Shown one piece after another: positions 19,068 to 29,051 of a stretch of DNA of 46,463 nucleotides (within the stretch, counting starts at the first letter, position 1; each line of letters starts with the position of its first letter). The notes below the pieces were generated by a model. The model was not told the DNA's origin. It saw only the letters and a list, made by a program, of their open reading frames with translations, and did no database searches. The stretch is taken from the NCBI GenBank assembly GCA_047517405.1, contig JAKZSX010000302.1, forward strand, positions 1-46,463. The letters run 5' to 3'. Both the position numbers and the translations under genes were made by a program. This DNA comes from Candidatus Poribacteria bacterium. GTDB lineage: Bacteria > Poribacteria > WGA-4E > PCPOR2b.

Positions 19068-19649
19068 TCAGCCTGACGAATCGGAATTCAAAAGTTTAAT
19101 GCAGAAGCTCTCGAAGCGAATCCAATGCTCCGCACTCGGTGGTCCGTTGTAACACTGGATGCTCACTTGATCATCGCCCGGTGGAGGCAGTTCTCCTGTC
19201 GCCGCCGTTTGGAACTCTGTGTCGCCTGAAGGGCAATACTGCGCTTCCCATGAATCAGCGGTAACCAACAAACGCAAACGGACACTCTTCGCTGACATTG
19301 CTGCTCTGCCAGGGATAATGTAAAGATCGCCGTCAATCAGTTCCTTGACCTCCTTAAACACCGGCTTACCGTTGTTATACCACGTAATCCCCGCCTGCTC
19401 GTACTGTTGGATGGGAAGGGTATGGTTAGTGATAGTTACCTCAATGGCATGAGTGCCATTACTGCGGTCTGGCGCGGTTCTCAACAACGCATTCCTAACC
19501 GTATCCGCCACGCCGGGCTGGACGCGAATCTCCAGTCCGCCGTCCCGGAGACGCCAATCGTCCGGATCCTCCCGCAGCCATGACCAGCCTGCATCAAGCT
19601 GACCGTCGAAGTTATCTTCAAAGATGATTTGTTCATTAGATGAGCTCAT
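19068..19649 (-). CDS. Concanavalin-A-like lectin/glucanase domain protein (GH43 C-terminal / DUF1349-like)
   Basis: 'FEDNFDG.LD.GWSWLREDPDDWRL.DGGLEIR' resembles the N-terminus of ConA-like accessory domains. No signal peptide. Confidence 0.65.
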   Translation of the reverse strand: MSSSNEQIIFEDNFDGQLDAGWSWLREDPDDWRLRDGGLEIRVQPGVADTVRNALLRTAPDRSNGTHAIEVTITNHTLPIQQYEQAGITWYNNGKPVFKEVKELIDGDLYIIPGRAAMSAKSVRLRLLVTADSWEAQYCPSGDTEFQTAATGELPPPGDDQVSIQCYNGPPSAEHWIRFESFCIKLLNSDSSG

Positions 19650-19855
19650 GCTAATACCTCCATTTAAGTGTGGGCGTCAGGTGCTCCCTCAGAGCGAGAT
19701 GTTAGATCTTAGCCAGACGCTTGGTTAGGTTAAAAAACTTTTGTAAGACGCTCTCCACAACTTATAGAATTACCAAAGTTCCCAAGAACAGTCCCTCCTT
19801 AACACCCGACACGGTTCCGCGCACTTACGGGCATTTTGGTAGAACGTTCAATGCT

Positions 19856-21127
19856 TCAGGTCTCAATCCCCAACTCTCGGTTCGCAACGTCCTGATAAGT
19901 GTTGAGTCTTCCACCCACCACCTCATCCATGCGGACAGCTCGACCCGCCTCAGAGGATTCATGGCATGCCATTACGAGAGCGACAGCGGTCAACCCTTCC
20001 TCTGCCCCAACTTCTACCGGCGTTCCATTGTCAATAGCGTCCAAAAGTTCCGCAAGCTCCATGGCGAGGATGTTTAAGTCGCCGCCACCACCCACACCTG
20101 ATTCAGATTGATCGTAACGCGTGAACCGTTCACCGCCGAAAAACCGAGCGGCACGGTCATCAAGCGCGAAGTCTGGGATAAGGGCCAGCACATCGTTGTC
20201 ATCAAGCACACCATCGCGATCATCCCGATAAAAGCGTAACGGCTGACCGGTACGCACCGACGGTAGGTCTATCTGACCGTCACTGCCAAAGATTGTGAAC
20301 CGACGAAATCTGGGACCATGCGCTGCTTGGTCATATAGCCACTGCCCCAACGCCTCGCTTTCAAATTCAAGGGTTGCCATCATAAGGTCAGGGGCATCCG
20401 CTGCCTGAACATCGGGATAGGTATGAGCGTAGTGATCGTGAAATCCCTTTACGCGCGTTCCTTTGAAAATCCGTTCGTGTTCCTGAAGCCGAACCTTGCC
20501 TGTCACCTGCCTGACAGGACCAGCCAAATATATCTGCATATCCGCGTTGTGGACGCCAGACTCCAGAATCGCCCCGCCCTGTTTGCGGAGATACTGCCAT
20601 CCGCCAGCGGTAGCACTCCGTCCACCACCAGCTGAGAAATCTAGGACCGTGCGGATGTCGCCGATAACACCTACTTCAAGTAACGCCTTCGCTAGACGGC
20701 TTATCGGGTCGCGCCGGTAGTTCTCCGCTATGGAGAGCACGGTGCCGTATTGTTGAGCATTAGCTTGCATCGACCGGCAGGCTGCCACAGTTGGTGCCAT
20801 CGGTTTCTCGCACAGGACGTGCAAACCATTTTCTGCTGCAACTTTGGCAATCGAGTGGTGTGCGGATGCCGCAGCAACGATGTCCAATACCTCCAGTTCG
20901 CTTGAACCTGCAATGGCGTCCTCAAGCGATCGGTACGCCTGCGGTCGATCACCAAAGAACTCCTCTACCTCGCCAGCGACGAATTCGGCGCGTTCCAATT
21001 CCGGATCAATCACGGCGACAACTTCAATTCGTCCGGACTCGAAATTCTCTAGGGTACGATATCCGCGCAGGTGTCGGCGACCCATGCCGCCGCAGCCCGC
21101 CAAGGCAAGCCGATGACGTTTGTACAT
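19856..21127 (-). CDS. Gfo/Idh/MocA family NAD(P)-dependent oxidoreductase
   Basis: N-terminal Rossmann 'LALAGCGGMGRRHLRGY', 'EKP' motif 'LCEKPMA', and a C-terminal alpha/beta oligomerisation domain. Confidence 0.9.
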   Translation of the reverse strand: MYKRHRLALAGCGGMGRRHLRGYRTLENFESGRIEVVAVIDPELERAEFVAGEVEEFFGDRPQAYRSLEDAIAGSSELEVLDIVAAASAHHSIAKVAAENGLHVLCEKPMAPTVAACRSMQANAQQYGTVLSIAENYRRDPISRLAKALLEVGVIGDIRTVLDFSAGGGRSATAGGWQYLRKQGGAILESGVHNADMQIYLAGPVRQVTGKVRLQEHERIFKGTRVKGFHDHYAHTYPDVQAADAPDLMMATLEFESEALGQWLYDQAAHGPRFRRFTIFGSDGQIDLPSVRTGQPLRFYRDDRDGVLDDNDVLALIPDFALDDRAARFFGGERFTRYDQSESGVGGGGDLNILAMELAELLDAIDNGTPVEVGAEEGLTAVALVMACHESSEAGRAVRMDEVVGGRLNTYQDVANRELGIET

Positions 21128-21235
21128 TTTTTTTCTCTCCTAATACCAGTTATCAACCCATCCGCTGCTGACCTGCTAGCTAATAAGCGGGGAACGTAAA
21201 TGGTCCCCACCGCTGCCACGTCGCATTCTATATTT

Positions 21236-23155
21236 TCACCACCGCTTAAATGCGTAGGTAGGTATACCAGTCACCAATCCGACGATCCCCCAGAGGCTAC
21301 CTATCGTAAACGCGCCCAAGACTAGCCCCAGAAAGAATGGGAACGACCGACGATACATCTGTATCCCGCCGTGCCTGAGAATTGCTCCCTTTACTACCCA
21401 ACTGATAAGAAACGGGAACCACAGGTGTTCAAAGGGTATATACCCCGTTATCGGATAAGCTAGCGGATGCAGGGGCCACCATAAGAACCGTAGCCGCATT
21501 ACCGTGTTGATAAACACAACCGAAGCGCCAATGCCGACAGCACTAAGCGATTGCGGATCCGGTTCTAGTGGACGTACAAGCCACCGCTCAATCACCGTAT
21601 AGGCACCAATACCGCGTCCTTCACTGATACCGCCCCATTTGTAGCTGAATTGCAAAAACGTCCAGAAGGTTATGATGATACCCACGATAACGGAGAGCAT
21701 AATGACTTTCCCAAGTTTGCGGGTATCCATACCCGACCGGTCTGCCAGTTTGAAACTTTCAAGCATATACGGCATCGGATGATTTCTGAACTGTTTCGTG
21801 AACGTCCAAAACGGGGCTGCTGCCGTCAATGTCTGACTTTCGAGTTTACGGCTGCCTACCATCGCTATAAAGAGTTGGAGCGGACCGTAGTGGAAAATCC
21901 CGTGAATCGGGGGACCAAGCTCCGCTCGTGTTCGTGTGTGTGCAAACGCAATGACAAAGTAAACACTGAAGAACGCCAATCCAAACTGAACCGTCGTTCC
22001 TGCTTGATATGAGAAGAACACTAGGAAGCTGATTCCCGCGATTATCCCAAGCACCGCCGTTCTGTACTTCATCGGTTCCCCAGAATCGTCCACCTCCGAT
22101 CTTGCCCCGACAGCTCTTTTTATTACCTGCCAAATCGGTTTCCGTCCCAGCCAGAAGGAGACGATAGCGATTCCCAGATATCCACCAAGGACCTGCTGCG
22201 CAACAAATGGATATCCGGGCATGTTAATCCCTGCCATACTGCCTACGACTCGCTGTGCTTTCCAAAGCAGAAAAAAGAACCAGCACGAAAAGAGGAGATC
22301 GAGCGGAATGGCGAAAGCAAGACCAATAGCGAAGGGATTAAACTGGACAGGGAAGTTGCCCATCGCGTTGAGGGGACGCTCTGTAAAATACACGTTCAGA
22401 TTGTATCCAAGGGGAATCTGGGGAAGCACGGGGTACAGGAAAGTTGTCCCATTAATCAGGTTGATACCAGCGGCTAACCCAAAACCCAGCCAGAGCAGCT
22501 TGTTTCTGAAAAACGGGTGATGTCCGTTGCTCTCACGGCTCATCTCATAAGGCAGGTGAACGAGTGGATAGGTCAATTTCTCCTTCTCAATCCACTGTCT
22601 CCTGATGATGATGCTCAGGCAGAACATCGTAAACGCAACCACCGAGAGAAAAAGCGTCCACCACACCATCGGTTCAAGCCAACCTTTGATGTGAGCTGCG
22701 GTGTAAAATGTCGATTCTCCTTTGTAAAATCCATAAAGTACATGATCGTCATTTACGGTAAGTCGTTGCGATAGATACTTCCAAAAGAGGTTGCTCCAAT
22801 CGTTCTCCGGCGTCGCAGACCAACGAGCGGTGCCTAGCGTGCAAAATATGGATTGGCTAAAATCGTGACCGCTGACACAGACCGCCAAGAGAAGCATTGT
22901 ATAAACGGTCAGCAGCTCCTGCTGGCTCAATGCAATCCGCGGCAACCATCGTTTCAGCAGCATGTTTACCAGGATCAAGGACAGGAAGGTGAAAACCGCG
23001 TTATAAAAGATCGTCATTGTGGTCGGGTACTGAGTATTCCAGACTGTTTCCCACTGCACGACGATGTAGACGTTGATTGGTACAAGTGCTAAGCCGATGA
23101 GCACCGCTCGTAAGGTAACGTCGCCTTTGCTATCATTTTTCGTCGGATGCGCCAT
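21236..23155 (-). CDS. Large polytopic membrane protein of unknown function (about 14 or more TM helices; possibly the DUF6785/DUF6784 type)
   Basis: About 640 aa, dominated by hydrophobic helices rich in W/F/Y. I recognise no transporter signature. The track ORF starts at TTG 23200. ATG 23155 has GAGGA 5 nt upstream. Confidence 0.8.
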   Translation of the reverse strand: MAHPTKNDSKGDVTLRAVLIGLALVPINVYIVVQWETVWNTQYPTTMTIFYNAVFTFLSLILVNMLLKRWLPRIALSQQELLTVYTMLLLAVCVSGHDFSQSIFCTLGTARWSATPENDWSNLFWKYLSQRLTVNDDHVLYGFYKGESTFYTAAHIKGWLEPMVWWTLFLSVVAFTMFCLSIIIRRQWIEKEKLTYPLVHLPYEMSRESNGHHPFFRNKLLWLGFGLAAGINLINGTTFLYPVLPQIPLGYNLNVYFTERPLNAMGNFPVQFNPFAIGLAFAIPLDLLFSCWFFFLLWKAQRVVGSMAGINMPGYPFVAQQVLGGYLGIAIVSFWLGRKPIWQVIKRAVGARSEVDDSGEPMKYRTAVLGIIAGISFLVFFSYQAGTTVQFGLAFFSVYFVIAFAHTRTRAELGPPIHGIFHYGPLQLFIAMVGSRKLESQTLTAAAPFWTFTKQFRNHPMPYMLESFKLADRSGMDTRKLGKVIMLSVIVGIIITFWTFLQFSYKWGGISEGRGIGAYTVIERWLVRPLEPDPQSLSAVGIGASVVFINTVMRLRFLWWPLHPLAYPITGYIPFEHLWFPFLISWVVKGAILRHGGIQMYRRSFPFFLGLVLGAFTIGSLWGIVGLVTGIPTYAFKRW

Positions 23156-23231
23156 GCTTTCCTCAATCCCGTGAACAGTCCGAAATCCAGCGAGAGCCAA
23201 ACCCCAGAATCCACTTGTCTCCGGCTACGCT

Positions 23232-23259
23232 ATTATATCCATTCCTCCCTGCATGTCAA
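23232..23259 (-). promoter_or_regulatory. Consensus sigma70 promoter for the minus-strand membrane-protein/oxidoreductase cluster
   Basis: On the minus strand: TTGACA (23259-23254), 16-nt spacer, TATAAT (23237-23232). Both hexamers are perfect. It lies about 75 nt upstream of ATG 23155. Confidence 0.6.
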
Positions 23260-23548
23260 TCGAAAAGTGTTAGTTACTGCCCCCTTTGCCCATTTGGATA
23301 TTTCCATGTTGACGGGTGGGGTCTTAATCTGCTAAACTTTAATCAGGATGGTAGGATTGGAGGTCGCTCGGTGATATGGGAGGGCTCGAAACCCTTTGAG
23401 GTGAGCGCATGTAAGTTCCGGCTTGGTGATTTCTTTGAGATCTCACCAAACCGTGAATACTCGATACTGCAATGTTTCAAGAAAACGACAACATTGAGAT
23501 TTGCTTGCCTAGTGAACCGCTTATACCATACGCCCACCTCGAAGAGGA

Positions 23549-24535
23549 ATGAACAACATGAGCAATTTTAGGGTTATCGATTTATTTGCTGGAATTGGTG
23601 GTATGCGTATTCCGTTTGAAAGGTTGGGTGGAGAGTGCGTTTTCAGTTCGGAATGGGACGAACATGCCCAGCGTACCTATTATCACAACTTCGGGGAAAT
23701 GCCAAAAGGAGACATCACCAAAATTGATGAACGGGATATTCCAGACCACGATGTCTTGCTTGCGGGTTTTCCTTGTCAACCGTTTAGCATCATAGGTGAG
23801 AAACAAGGTTTTGCAGACACGCGAGGAACGTTGTTTTTTGACATAGAACGGATTCTTGCAGAAAAAAAACCGGGTGCGTTTCTTCTTGAAAATGTGAAGC
23901 AACTTACCTCCCACGACAGAGGAAGAACCTTCGCCGTGATTCAATCTCGCCTTCTCAATCTTGGGTACACCATTTACCACGAAATTCTAAATGCTCTTGA
24001 TTTCGGCTTGCCCCAAAAGAGAGAACGGGTATTTATCGTTGGATTTCGCGAACCAATAGCTTTCGCTTTTCCTAGAGGAAACGGGGAGTATAAGTCTCTC
24101 TCAGGGATTCTTGAACCAGATGACAGGGTAGACCCTAGCTTATTTGCGTCGGAGAAAATTCGAAAATCTCGTCTTGAAAAATGCAAGGTGAATCCGTTTT
24201 ATCCCTCTATCTGGCATGAGAATAAAGGAGGGAATATATCGGTGTTGCCTTTTTCATGCGCTTTACGGGCAGGAGCATCTTATAACTATCTTTTGGTAAA
24301 CGGCACTAGGCGACCATCAGGGCAAGAGCTATTGCGTTTACAGGGTTTTCCAGAAGATTTTAAGATTGTTGTAAACACTGCGCAGCTTCGGAAACAGACA
24401 GGGAACAGCGTTGCTATTCCTGTTGTTACCGCAATAGCAAGAAAAATGTTGGCAGCACTCAAGGAACAAGAACCGGTGTGGCAGGCGATCGAGCAACTTA
24501 CCCTTTTTGAAAAAAAATCAAGGACTTATGCTTAA
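23549..24535 (+). CDS. DNA (cytosine-5)-methyltransferase, type II R-M
   Basis: All canonical C5-MTase motifs are present: I 'DLFAGIGG', IV 'GFPCQPFS', VI 'ENVKQL', VIII 'QKRERVFIVGF', X 'GNSVAIPV'. A second ATG at 23558 is better spaced from GAGGA. Confidence 0.95.
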   Translation: MNNMSNFRVIDLFAGIGGMRIPFERLGGECVFSSEWDEHAQRTYYHNFGEMPKGDITKIDERDIPDHDVLLAGFPCQPFSIIGEKQGFADTRGTLFFDIERILAEKKPGAFLLENVKQLTSHDRGRTFAVIQSRLLNLGYTIYHEILNALDFGLPQKRERVFIVGFREPIAFAFPRGNGEYKSLSGILEPDDRVDPSLFASEKIRKSRLEKCKVNPFYPSIWHENKGGNISVLPFSCALRAGASYNYLLVNGTRRPSGQELLRLQGFPEDFKIVVNTAQLRKQTGNSVAIPVVTAIARKMLAALKEQEPVWQAIEQLTLFEKKSRTYA

Positions 24536-25593
24536 TGGATAGCCGAACCGCTAAAAAACACTTGGACACTGTTATCAAAAAAGCCCGCATTCACCTTTAT
24601 AAACCTATACAGATTGCAGAAATACTCTACAGAGATAGAACAGTAGGTGACATAGACCTTGATGATTTGGAGACTTATCGAACATTCTCAAGACAATGGC
24701 GAGACAAAGTTTGTAGAAAGTTTCTGGGAAGAACCTCGACTTCAAGCGCACGATTCCAAGACAATCTTTTTGAGGCAAACGCGACACCCCCGCCCATCCT
24801 GAGGACATTAGGAGAGATAAATCATAGACATAAGGGTGCGGTAGAAGCCTACATTTATGAGGCTTTTAGGCAGCGACACGCTCAAATGTTGAGTGGACTG
24901 GCTTTGGTAAGCCGGTCGGACAAAACCAATTTTGTTTTGAAGAATTTTATTGCAGTCTTCAGCCGTGACCCTGGGTTGAAGCGAAGCGTTGATAAAATAT
25001 TTGAGATTGTGGTTTATGCTTTATTTTCAACGCTTTTGGAAGCCCTTGACATAAAAATCGGTATTAGGGTTGGGAATATTGAAAATACAATTTTTCGAGA
25101 GTTTTCGGACTTCACGGAAAAAGTCCTTGGTTTGAATGAAGAAACACCAGAGGCTTATCACACAGCGAAGGTCTATAGGGCTGGCGTAACGAACGCGGCT
25201 GATAGAGGGCTTGACATGTGGGCAAACTTTGGCGTTGCTATTCAGATAAAGCATTTGTCCTTGACTCCCACAATGGCGGAGTATATTGCCAGCGATATAA
25301 CAGCAGACAGAATTATCATTGTTTGCAAGGAATGCGAGAAAGACGTTCTCGTTTCGGTGTTACAGCAATTCGGTAGTTCAGGTAGGATTCAAAGTGTGAT
25401 CACAGAAAATGAACTTGAAACATGGTATGAAAAAGCCTTGAGAGGACAATCAGCGGAACTAATCGGAGATAAAGTGTTGCAAAGACTAGAGAACGAAATC
25501 AAGGTTGAATTTCCTTCAACTACCGAATTTGATGAGTTTTTTACGGATCGAGGCTACCACCAACTGTCGGTTGATGATATTTGGCTTTCTTGA
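24535..25593 (+). CDS. Type II restriction endonuclease partner of the C5-methyltransferase (family uncertain; possibly HaeII-like)
   Basis: The start overlaps the MTase stop by 1 nt (TAATG), and both genes share a lower-GC composition. The 352-aa size is typical of such enzymes. The family assignment comes from context and weak recollection only. Confidence 0.6.
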   Translation: MDSRTAKKHLDTVIKKARIHLYKPIQIAEILYRDRTVGDIDLDDLETYRTFSRQWRDKVCRKFLGRTSTSSARFQDNLFEANATPPPILRTLGEINHRHKGAVEAYIYEAFRQRHAQMLSGLALVSRSDKTNFVLKNFIAVFSRDPGLKRSVDKIFEIVVYALFSTLLEALDIKIGIRVGNIENTIFREFSDFTEKVLGLNEETPEAYHTAKVYRAGVTNAADRGLDMWANFGVAIQIKHLSLTPTMAEYIASDITADRIIIVCKECEKDVLVSVLQQFGSSGRIQSVITENELETWYEKALRGQSAELIGDKVLQRLENEIKVEFPSTTEFDEFFTDRGYHQLSVDDIWLS

Positions 25594-25758
25594 ACTTTTT
25601 CGGATTGGGTAAATTACCATGTAACTACTACAGTTTTCCGCCTGAAATCGTGTCAACTTTTGGAGACAATAGGCTTAGAGCAAAACTCGCATTAGACCCC
25701 ATTACTCAAAACTTGATTCAGAGTGGACTGAAAAGGTTGCTCGAGTCGGAGGTTAATC

Positions 25759-26607
25759 ATGATTATTGACGTACACACACATCTTTCTACCCGCGAGCAG
25801 TGGGGCAAGGTCTTTGTCGAAGCGTTCGACCGGGGATACACTAGTTACACCGGGATTGACTTGGAAGTTACGCCCGAAATACATTGGGAGGCAGTGGCGG
25901 CGGTTTCGCGGACGATTGTCTTCGGCATCAATTCTATTGCGCTAGGTATGCACACACCGAATGATGCCATTGCCGCGTACGCTAAGGCGCACCCGGAGAA
26001 AATCATCGGTTTCATGTCGGTTGACCCGAACAATCCCGGCGCATTGGAGGAGATTGATCGATGTGTCAACGATCTCGGGCTCAAAGGTATCAAGATGAGT
26101 CCGGTATACCAGCACTATGATCCAAACGGAGCTAGGGCACGACGGGTGCATCGCCGTGCGGAAGAACTGGGACTCCCCATCCTCACACATGCGGCGTACC
26201 ATGTCATCGCTAATACGCCGATGGAGTGGGCAAACCCGCTGCTCTATGACCCCGTGGCTCGTGAATTCCCAAACTTGAAGATTATCCTTGCCCACATCGG
26301 ACTGCCCTGGTACACCGATGCAATGGTGATGATCCGTAAGCATCCAAATGTGTTTGCCGATGTCTCCGGCGGTGTTCCCCTGCGACCTTGGTGGGGGTAT
26401 CAGGCATTGGCATTCTGTCATGAGAATCGTGTGACGGATAAACTTCTTTTTGGTAGCGATTTCCCAATCGCCACCGTCGAGGAAACTATTGGCGCGCTCC
26501 GCACCGCCAACCGGTTCGCCGAAGGCACCGGTATGCCACGAGTTCCAGCGGACGACATTGAGGCCCTCATCCATCGTGATTCTCTCTCCCTGCTGGGATT
26601 GGAGTAG
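25759..26607 (+). CDS. Amidohydrolase-family (amidohydrolase_2) metal-dependent hydrolase
   Basis: N-terminal 'IIDVHTHL' metal-binding HxH, 'ILTHA', 'ILAHIG' and 'GSDFP' motifs. GGAGG RBS. Confidence 0.85.
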   Translation: MIIDVHTHLSTREQWGKVFVEAFDRGYTSYTGIDLEVTPEIHWEAVAAVSRTIVFGINSIALGMHTPNDAIAAYAKAHPEKIIGFMSVDPNNPGALEEIDRCVNDLGLKGIKMSPVYQHYDPNGARARRVHRRAEELGLPILTHAAYHVIANTPMEWANPLLYDPVAREFPNLKIILAHIGLPWYTDAMVMIRKHPNVFADVSGGVPLRPWWGYQALAFCHENRVTDKLLFGSDFPIATVEETIGALRTANRFAEGTGMPRVPADDIEALIHRDSLSLLGLE

Positions 26608-26688
26608 TGAGATAGAACCCTGCGCAAACCGATGACGGCGCACGCCTGATTTGTTCATTCATATTGTTCAGGGAGACGGAGAAATATA

Positions 26689-28971
26689 ATGAGAAGACAG
26701 CATCACAGTAACAATCAACAAAACATGAGGATACTTCTATGCCTGCTTTTCTTGATACAGATCTGTATTCTCACTCCCCTAGCAACTTTCGCCCAAACGC
26801 CGCCCATTAAAGAAGACCGAACCGCTATTCAAAGTGCCCACGATTTCTACTATTCCCAAGAATATTCAGAGGCGGTTGAAGCGTATCAGGCTCTCTTAAA
26901 AACGCCGCTACACCAACACTCGAAAGATGCAATCCGTATGAATTTAGGGCAGTCCTACGCCAAACTTGGAGATGATGCTTTGGCACTCCAAAATTTCCAC
27001 GCTGTAATCGATGATGATCCCAACGGTTCCTATGCGAGCCAAGCAGTGCATCGAATTGGAACACTTTTTCGCGAGCGGTATCAGTACAAAGAGGCAATTA
27101 ACCGATGCCGACAGCTCGCTAACAAATATCCGAAAACGCAAACCGCAGCAATCGCACGTTATCTCATTGCCCAATATACTTTCGCAGAAGGGAGATATGA
27201 TGAGGCAATTGAAAATTATCGCAGCTTCCTAAATGATTTTTCGACCTCTCCATACCGTACTAGTGCGATCAATAGCCTTGTTCGGCTATACCGAATTCGC
27301 CATAAATATACTGACGCCGAGAATTTAATCCGGGATGAAATTCGCCGAAAACCGGATGATATCAACCTGATGGAACAGTTGGCGGACCTCTATAAAGCGC
27401 AAGGGAAATACGATGAGGCGTTATCCCTATACCATACTGCCCTTGACCAAAATCCGAAAAATACAGATATTCTGAAGAAACTTGGAGAGCTATACGCGGA
27501 GCGTGGTCAGCAAGATCTTGCAGCAGAGCAGTGGGCGAAGATTGTCCAAGATGATCCGGATCAAGCCTATCGATACCAACAACTGGGGTCAATATACACA
27601 TCTCACCAGATGTATGAAAGGGCTGTCGAAGCCTATGAAACAGCCATCGGTCTCAGTCCCAAATCTGCTCAGCTCTATAACCTGCTTGCAGATGTCTACA
27701 AAATTCAAGGACAGATTGGTATGGCGGTTAATACTTATCTGCGAGCATTGAGTGTGGTGGATATTGGCTACAGTGGACGCGATACGCTTGTCCAAAGTAT
27801 GGCGGAGATCTATGAAGGAGCTCAACTGGAACGTCTGTTTGAGGGGGTAATTGAAAAGCTCCAAGCGATGCTGAAAACGGATTCTCGAAATTCGAGTCTC
27901 GTTCTATCTTTGGCAGAGGTCTATTTCTACGGTGGGAATTTAGATCTGGCTCTCAAAAATTTTAAGCGGCTGCACCAGCTTTACTCCGCCGACCGTGGAC
28001 GCATCCTCGAAAAGTATGCACAAATTCTGGAGCGGAACAAAAATCCTAAAGCGGCAGATTTTTATCAGGCAATTGCTGAGCTCTTTCCAAATATGCATCT
28101 GGCTTGGACTGCACAGATGAAATTGGTACGATTCTATGAACGGTCGGGGCGATGGAACGATGCGTTGAAGGTTTTGACCAATATGACACAGCGGAGCTAC
28201 CAACCCGCTGCACAACTGCTCTTGGGGCATGTGTGGTTACGTGGCATACGCGATGCGGAGGCTGCACTACAAATATATCAAAACTTAGCCAACCAACCAC
28301 TGCCGACCGATCAAGCAACACAGGTTCAACTCGGTATGGCGACGTGTTACATCTTGCAGGGAAAATCTGACGCGGCAGAAAGTGCGCTTCGTCCGATCGC
28401 TGATGGGAATAGCAATTTCAAGGCGGAAGCCCAAAAACTAATCGGAGATGCACATCTGCTTCGGGGAGATATTGAAGCGGCGGTTACGGCATACAAGCGT
28501 GTGCTTGATATTGCGATGTCCAATCCGTTGAGCAATGACTCCCTAGACAGAATCGTCCTAGTCCAGTCCAACTCGGACTACAGCAACGAACCCCTCAAAC
28601 GTTACCTCGAAGCACTCCGAAGCGATTTGAGCGGAGAGACCGATGTAGCATTAAAGCTTTGCCAAGAAACGATGCAGGAATATCCGACAGCACTCATCGT
28701 TGATGATCTCTGGATGCTGGTCGGTAAAATTCATCAGCGTGGGACGCGATACCTCGACGCTATCACGGCATATCAGCAAGTTGCCGTCTTGGAGGGGAGC
28801 CCAATCGCAGCGGAGGCAGCAGCGAAAATCGCAGACATCTACCGTTGGCAACTCAATGAGCCCGACAAAGCACGGGAGACCTATTCCGCGCTCATTCAAG
28901 ATTATCCTGAGAGTGTGATTGTCGCCTACGCCCGACAGCAGCTTGATGCACTTGCGAAGGAGAGAAAGTGA
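26689..28971 (+). CDS. Secreted TPR repeat protein (760 aa)
   Basis: Signal peptide (LLCLLFLIQICILTPLATFAQ), then many TPR units (for example 'LADLYKAQGKYDEALSLYHTALDQNPKN'). GGAG RBS. Confidence 0.88.
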   Translation: MRRQHHSNNQQNMRILLCLLFLIQICILTPLATFAQTPPIKEDRTAIQSAHDFYYSQEYSEAVEAYQALLKTPLHQHSKDAIRMNLGQSYAKLGDDALALQNFHAVIDDDPNGSYASQAVHRIGTLFRERYQYKEAINRCRQLANKYPKTQTAAIARYLIAQYTFAEGRYDEAIENYRSFLNDFSTSPYRTSAINSLVRLYRIRHKYTDAENLIRDEIRRKPDDINLMEQLADLYKAQGKYDEALSLYHTALDQNPKNTDILKKLGELYAERGQQDLAAEQWAKIVQDDPDQAYRYQQLGSIYTSHQMYERAVEAYETAIGLSPKSAQLYNLLADVYKIQGQIGMAVNTYLRALSVVDIGYSGRDTLVQSMAEIYEGAQLERLFEGVIEKLQAMLKTDSRNSSLVLSLAEVYFYGGNLDLALKNFKRLHQLYSADRGRILEKYAQILERNKNPKAADFYQAIAELFPNMHLAWTAQMKLVRFYERSGRWNDALKVLTNMTQRSYQPAAQLLLGHVWLRGIRDAEAALQIYQNLANQPLPTDQATQVQLGMATCYILQGKSDAAESALRPIADGNSNFKAEAQKLIGDAHLLRGDIEAAVTAYKRVLDIAMSNPLSNDSLDRIVLVQSNSDYSNEPLKRYLEALRSDLSGETDVALKLCQETMQEYPTALIVDDLWMLVGKIHQRGTRYLDAITAYQQVAVLEGSPIAAEAAAKIADIYRWQLNEPDKARETYSALIQDYPESVIVAYARQQLDALAKERK

Positions 28972-28991
28972 GGAGTAACGAGAGTGAGCAC

Positions 28992-29027
28992 AAAAAAGGC
29001 AGGAAACCCAACCTGAATCTCCTGCCT
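28992..29027 (-). terminator. Rho-independent terminator of the iscU-like/iscA operon
   Basis: On the minus strand, an 8-bp stem AGGCAGGA / TCCTGCCT is followed by T6 (the plus-strand A-run at 28992-28997). Confidence 0.75.
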
Positions 29028-29051
29028 ATGCCTATGAAACACAAATCCGAT

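Noticed and set aside
23215-23571. 118-aa plus-strand ORF in the spacer before the methyltransferase
   Set aside because: It has no RBS and an odd Cys/Phe-rich composition. It overlaps the perfect minus-strand promoter and runs into the MTase start. It is more likely non-coding. The hairpin TTGGTGA...TCACCAA inside it (about 23425-23450) is noted but cannot be interpreted without a controller protein.
25581-25769. 62-aa ORF bridging the endonuclease and amidohydrolase genes
   Set aside because: It overlaps both neighbours' ends, has no SD, and has no recognisable fold signature.
25942-26658. 238-aa minus-strand ORF
   Set aside because: It is fully antisense to the well-supported amidohydrolase gene (25759-26607). 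Its composition is low-complexity and Arg/Gly/His-rich.
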